Shown: positions 33,585-36,502 of the stretch, piece after piece
Layout of the letters: every line of letters begins with the position of its first letter
Numbering within the stretch: position 1 is the first letter of the stretch
Origin: an uncultured archaeon
Lineage (GTDB): Archaea; Nanobdellota; Nanobdellia; UBA10117; ARS21
Length of the DNA stretch: 36,502 nucleotides
Direction: 5' to 3'
Assembly: GCA_964010235.1 (NCBI GenBank)
Contig: CAXGHT010000001.1
Location: forward strand, 1-36,502
Translations under genes and position numbers: made by a program
Notes under the pieces: generated by a model
The model's database searches: none
Told to the model about the DNA's origin: nothing
The model's input: the letters and a program-made list of their open reading frames with translations, nothing else

Positions 33585-33730
33585 TATCTTAATCCATATT
33601 CTCCAGGTTTGGAGATTTTAGCTTTTTTAGCTATTTCTGATTCTTCAGGATGAAACACAACCAATCTACCTTTCCAAGTTTCTGATTCTTTCAATCCCTT
33701 TGCAATTATTGGTAATTTTTTCTTTGCCAT
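33584..33730 (-). CDS. spt4: Spt4 (RpoE'') homologue, 48 aa, lacking the zinc ribbon; absent from the supplied ORF track
   Basis: Hand translation: MAKKKLPIIAKGLKESETWKGRLVVFHPEESEIAKKAKISKPGEYGLR. W-x-G, PEESEIAKK and PGEYGL match the Spt4 core. Lies between rpo7 (3-nt gap) and rps24e (TAATG overlap). Confidence 0.7.
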   Translation of the reverse strand: MAKKKLPIIAKGLKESETWKGRLVVFHPEESEIAKKAKISKPGEYGLR

Positions 33731-33733
33731 TTT

Positions 33734-34288
33734 TTAGTTAACTTTAGACTCAACTTTTCTGATTTCATCAAGCCACTCTGATTTTCCAAGATATGGTTGA
33801 CGCATAGTCATACCAATTTTTGGTTCTTGTGTGTTTTTGATGCTCACAGCAATGATTCTTGCCCGGACTTTGTCCTTGACTTTTAGTACCTTCTTTGAGT
33901 CTTTTCCAAGAAGAGTACCTTCTTTGCTGAATGATACAAAGTCGTCCATTGTTTGTGAAATGTGAATCATTCCTTCGAATGGTCCAAAGTCAACAAACGC
34001 TCCGAACTTTGCGATGTCTTTAATCTCACCTTCAATAAGATCATTTGTTTCAGGTAAATAGTGAACAACGTTGAATGTTACGTTGTGGAATGCTGCTCCA
34101 TCACCATGAATTATGATTCCATCTTCAATATTTTTTATTGATTGGATTGCAATTACTCGTCCAAGTTGGTCAATTACTCTATTTTCGTAATTTCGTCTAA
34201 GTTCTTCAGTTACAACTTTCTTTAAGTCTTCACTGAATCGACTTGGATCAACTCTGACAACGCCTTCGACTGCGGATTTGTAATACAT
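33734..34288 (-). CDS. rpo7: RNA polymerase subunit Rpo7 (RpoE')
   Basis: N-terminal Rpb7-like domain (VVRVDPSRF...) and an S1 domain (GEIKDIAKFGAFVDFGPFEGMIHISQ). Confidence 0.92.
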   Translation of the reverse strand: MYYKSAVEGVVRVDPSRFSEDLKKVVTEELRRNYENRVIDQLGRVIAIQSIKNIEDGIIIHGDGAAFHNVTFNVVHYLPETNDLIEGEIKDIAKFGAFVDFGPFEGMIHISQTMDDFVSFSKEGTLLGKDSKKVLKVKDKVRARIIAVSIKNTQEPKIGMTMRQPYLGKSEWLDEIRKVESKVN

Positions 34289-34315
34289 TGTAGTTTTGAT
34301 GTGATTGGTAGCTTT

Positions 34316-34693
34316 TTAAACGTTTCTAATCAGTTTTTTGCTAATCGTGAATATCTGTACAGATTCAGCCTTTAGACGCTTTTTGAGTATCTTGTCATTA
34401 GTAAGCACTGAAAAGTTCTTAGCCACCGCAAATTCTAATATTTTGTCATCTGGATGACCTTTTCCTAGATGAATTGTATCCACTTTTGAGAATTTAATTA
34501 TTTGAATTGCCAATTTTGCTGCATTTTTATCAGCACCTTTTTGTTTTTTATCAGTTTGAATAAATTCCAATTCCTTTAGGACTTCATTTGGAATTATAAT
34601 TTTTGTAAAACCCATCTTTTTGAGTTCTGTGATTACATCCACCTTTTCCTTTGCAGCATAGATTAATGAATTCGTATCAATTACGATTTGCAT
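34316..34693 (-). CDS. PIN-domain protein (Fcf1/COG1412-like)
   Basis: MQIVIDTNSLIYAAK..., IIPNEVLKELE, DDKILEFA, LTNDKILKKRL. Start at ATG 34693, 25 nt from a TATA box. The track's 53-aa N-terminal extension was rejected. Confidence 0.75.
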   Translation of the reverse strand: MQIVIDTNSLIYAAKEKVDVITELKKMGFTKIIIPNEVLKELEFIQTDKKQKGADKNAAKLAIQIIKFSKVDTIHLGKGHPDDKILEFAVAKNFSVLTNDKILKKRLKAESVQIFTISKKLIRNV

Positions 34694-34712
34694 GAGTATA
34701 ATTTTCGAATGC

Positions 34713-34723
34713 CTTATTAAAAC
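34713..34723. promoter_or_regulatory. single A/T box midway between two divergent leaderless genes
   Basis: CTTATTAAAAC centred at 34718, which is 25 nt from ATG 34693 (minus) and 24 nt from ATG 34742 (plus). Confidence 0.4.
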
Positions 34724-34741
34724 GTATTGATATGACTCGTT

Positions 34742-35227
34742 ATGTTGAAAGCAATTAAGGCAAAAAAATTGTATGATAAGACTGCAAAGTTGTATAATCT
34801 TCGATACAGAAGAACTCAATTTGAGAAATATAAAATTGCACTTCATGATCAATTACTTGACGGGGAAATTCTAGATCTTGGTTCAGGTACGGGATTATTA
34901 TCAAAATTTTTAGGAAAGAAAATTCATCAAGTTGATGTTTCAAAAGGAATGCTTTTGTTGAGTCGCGGTAGAAGAGTCCAGGCAGATATTGCGAAGTTAC
35001 CCTTTAGAGCAAATAAATTTGATTATGTTTTGAGTTTTTCTGCTTTGATGAATGCGGAAAATCCTGAATCAGCGGTAAAAGAAGTTAAACGAGTTTTGAA
35101 ACCTGGCGGAACATTTATTGTTACGTATTTGAAAAGTTTCGATTTTACTGATATGCTAAAGAGACATTTCAAATTAATTGATTCTCGTGATTGTGGAGAA
35201 GATGTTTGCTTTATACTGAAGAATTAA
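34742..35227 (+). CDS. class I SAM-dependent methyltransferase (161 aa)
   Basis: Motif I ILDLGSGTGLL, motif II-like FDYVLSFSAL, LKPGGTFIVT. Confidence 0.8.
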   Translation: MLKAIKAKKLYDKTAKLYNLRYRRTQFEKYKIALHDQLLDGEILDLGSGTGLLSKFLGKKIHQVDVSKGMLLLSRGRRVQADIAKLPFRANKFDYVLSFSALMNAENPESAVKEVKRVLKPGGTFIVTYLKSFDFTDMLKRHFKLIDSRDCGEDVCFILKN

Positions 35228-35796
35228 ACTCGAACAAATAATTTGTATCGATCACCGTCTTCAAGTTCAAATAGAATTCGATCTATGATTGCTTTCTTTG
35301 GATTTGGAACTGCTTTTACTCTTTCTTTAATCTCTTCAAAAGATTTGAAAGGTTCAATTGTTCTTTGTTCTAATATTTCTCTAGAGTGCCGTTTACCTAT
35401 TCCTGGAAGCAATTCAAGTTGATGCGATCTCAAAGAAATTGGACCAGAGTTGTTATAGAAATTTAGATATTTCTCTTCGTTTTCTGAAACTAATTTTTCA
35501 ACTATAAAGTTCAATTCTCTTTTTGCTGTTTGAGTTAGTTTAACTGTTTGTAATGCACCTTTAATATATGCGATATCTGGACGATCATCATCGCCAATAT
35601 AAACTTCGTCGTGAGGTTTGAAACTCTTTTCAGGTTTTGAAACTAATTCTAAAAGTACGAAATGATCTTTTCCAAGTGCCTGAATTATTGGCTCTTTTTG
35701 GTGAAAAGGTCTAGAATCTGAAGAATAACCGTTCTTGAGAAAATCGAGTACTATTGCATGTTCTTCCTTTGCTCTCCGTGGTCTTTCTTGATTCAT
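35224..35796 (-). CDS. DUF655-family putative RNA-binding protein (OB-like N-terminus plus HhH)
   Basis: EEHAIVLDFLKNGY..., LELLPGIGKRHSREILEQR (HhH). Canonical position downstream of rpoF and L21e. Confidence 0.75.
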   Translation of the reverse strand: MNQERPRRAKEEHAIVLDFLKNGYSSDSRPFHQKEPIIQALGKDHFVLLELVSKPEKSFKPHDEVYIGDDDRPDIAYIKGALQTVKLTQTAKRELNFIVEKLVSENEEKYLNFYNNSGPISLRSHQLELLPGIGKRHSREILEQRTIEPFKSFEEIKERVKAVPNPKKAIIDRILFELEDGDRYKLFVRV

Positions 35797-35817
35797 TTCG
35801 AATTTCTCCTATTGTTT

Positions 35818-36153
35818 TCATTGGGCTTTTATGATGTCAAGAATCTTTTTTAGATTCTCTTTTGTGACTGTGATTTGTTTTCCAGCAAATACAGTGTTCA
35901 ATTCACCGTCATTTTTTGGTAACATGTTTGCAATTTCAACAGCTGCCTCTTCAGTCATTCGAGGAATGTCTGCTGATCTAAGCTCCTTAACTAACTTAGT
36001 TGCTGAAGCTTTATCAAGTTTGTTAAACCGTGTTGCAAAGTCCTTTATCTTTTGCTGACTTCCACTTAATTCACCTTTCTTTTCTAAGGAGTCAAGTGTT
36101 TCTTTGACTTCAGCAATAGTCAATGGTGTTTTGCTTATGATTTGTACTTCCAT
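35818..36153 (-). CDS. rpoF: RNA polymerase subunit Rpo4 (RpoF)
   Basis: LTIAEVKETL...KDFATRFNKL...LVKELRS...AVEIANMLPKN pattern, and the conserved L21e-RpoF-DUF655 gene order. Confidence 0.8.
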   Translation of the reverse strand: MEVQIISKTPLTIAEVKETLDSLEKKGELSGSQQKIKDFATRFNKLDKASATKLVKELRSADIPRMTEEAAVEIANMLPKNDGELNTVFAGKQITVTKENLKKILDIIKAQ

Positions 36154-36154
36154 T

Positions 36155-36463
36155 TTATTTTTGTCTTACCAAATGTACTGCTCGTGCAATAACTTTCTTA
36201 GGTTTATTACCGTGCTTGATTTGTAGTAAGTATGAGTTTGTTCCTTCTTTTGATAGGATTTTTCCAATCAAGTTTCGGAATCTTGGATGTGGCATTCCCT
36301 TTTGGACTGCCGGTTCTTGGATTATTCTGACTTTTTCTCCAACTTCAAATTTTCTCAATAGTCGTGAGATAGTCACTTTTCCGTGCGTTCCTGCACTTTT
36401 TCTTAGCTTGCTTCTGGTTCCTGAACGAAATCCGCCCTTTCTGCCAGTTCCTGCTCCTGCCAT
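36155..36463 (-). CDS. rpl21e: ribosomal protein eL21
   Basis: GFRSGTRSKLRK...EVGEKVRI...QKGMPHPRF...GKI is typical of L21e. CCTTTAAAAAC box about 25 nt upstream. Confidence 0.92.
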   Translation of the reverse strand: MAGAGTGRKGGFRSGTRSKLRKSAGTHGKVTISRLLRKFEVGEKVRIIQEPAVQKGMPHPRFRNLIGKILSKEGTNSYLLQIKHGNKPKKVIARAVHLVRQK

Positions 36464-36502
36464 AATTTATTCTACGTTAGTGTGTTTTTAAAGGTTTCGA
36501 GA

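Noticed and set aside
34694-34852. 53-codon N-terminal extension of the PIN-domain ORF
   Set aside because: It is Cys/Phe/Ile-rich and overlaps the divergent methyltransferase gene. The PIN fold starts at MQIVIDTN, with a TATA box at the canonical distance.
34742-35227. Methyltransferase as the KsgA/Dim1 expected next to DUF655 in archaeal L21e-RpoF-DUF655-KsgA clusters
   Set aside because: It is on the opposite strand and only 161 aa, and it lacks KsgA-specific features. Called only as a generic class I SAM methyltransferase.
1-36502. CRISPR arrays, IS elements, integrases, or prophage or integrated elements at the three tRNA genes
   Set aside because: I saw no spaced direct repeats, no transposase or integrase-like ORFs, and no duplicated tRNA 3' halves by eye. 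Genes flanking the tRNAs are housekeeping. A computational repeat search would be needed to exclude short MITEs.

Overview
AT-rich, very gene-dense archaeal chromosome segment. The evidence is TATA boxes about 25 nt upstream of mostly leaderless first genes, archaeal-type replication, transcription and translation proteins, and an archaeal 7S RNA. Short proteins and tight spacing suggest a small-genome, possibly DPANN-like, lineage; that placement is inference only. Almost everything here is core information processing.

Minus-strand genes include aIF2-beta, an RPA32-like OB-fold protein, MCM, TBP and IleRS. Plus-strand genes include RFC small and large subunits, a P-type cation ATPase and the conserved ftsZ-(mazG)-secE-spt5-L11 cluster. 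The L1-P0-P1 stalk genes, a coiled-coil ORF and alaS lie inverted against L11. A seven-gene minus-strand operon runs PIN-Rpo7-Spt4-S24e-S27ae-deoxyhypusine synthase-Kae1, followed by DUF655-Rpo4-L21e.

RNA genes are tRNA-Gln(CUG), tRNA-Ser(GCU), tRNA-Phe(GAA) and an SRP (7S) RNA. A spurious 79-aa ORF in the track lies over the SRP RNA. I saw no CRISPR array, transposase, integrase, rRNA or recognisable defence island, and I cannot demonstrate a clear multi-gene novel system.

The observations most worth follow-up are:
- An unlisted 48-aa Spt4 that lacks its zinc ribbon, and in the same operon an S27ae that has lost three of four zinc ligands.
- A TBP with 4-5 residue insertions in both stirrup loops.
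- An orphan HerA-like ATPase fused to a roughly 250-aa winged-helix-containing tail.
- A 30-cysteine triple-repeat surface protein next to a possibly SecB-like small protein.
- A GC-rich nested hairpin between tRNA-Phe and a HIT hydrolase gene.
- Uncharacterised small ORFs inserted into the RFC and MCM/RPA neighbourhoods.

All family assignments come from reading the translations by eye. No searches were run.
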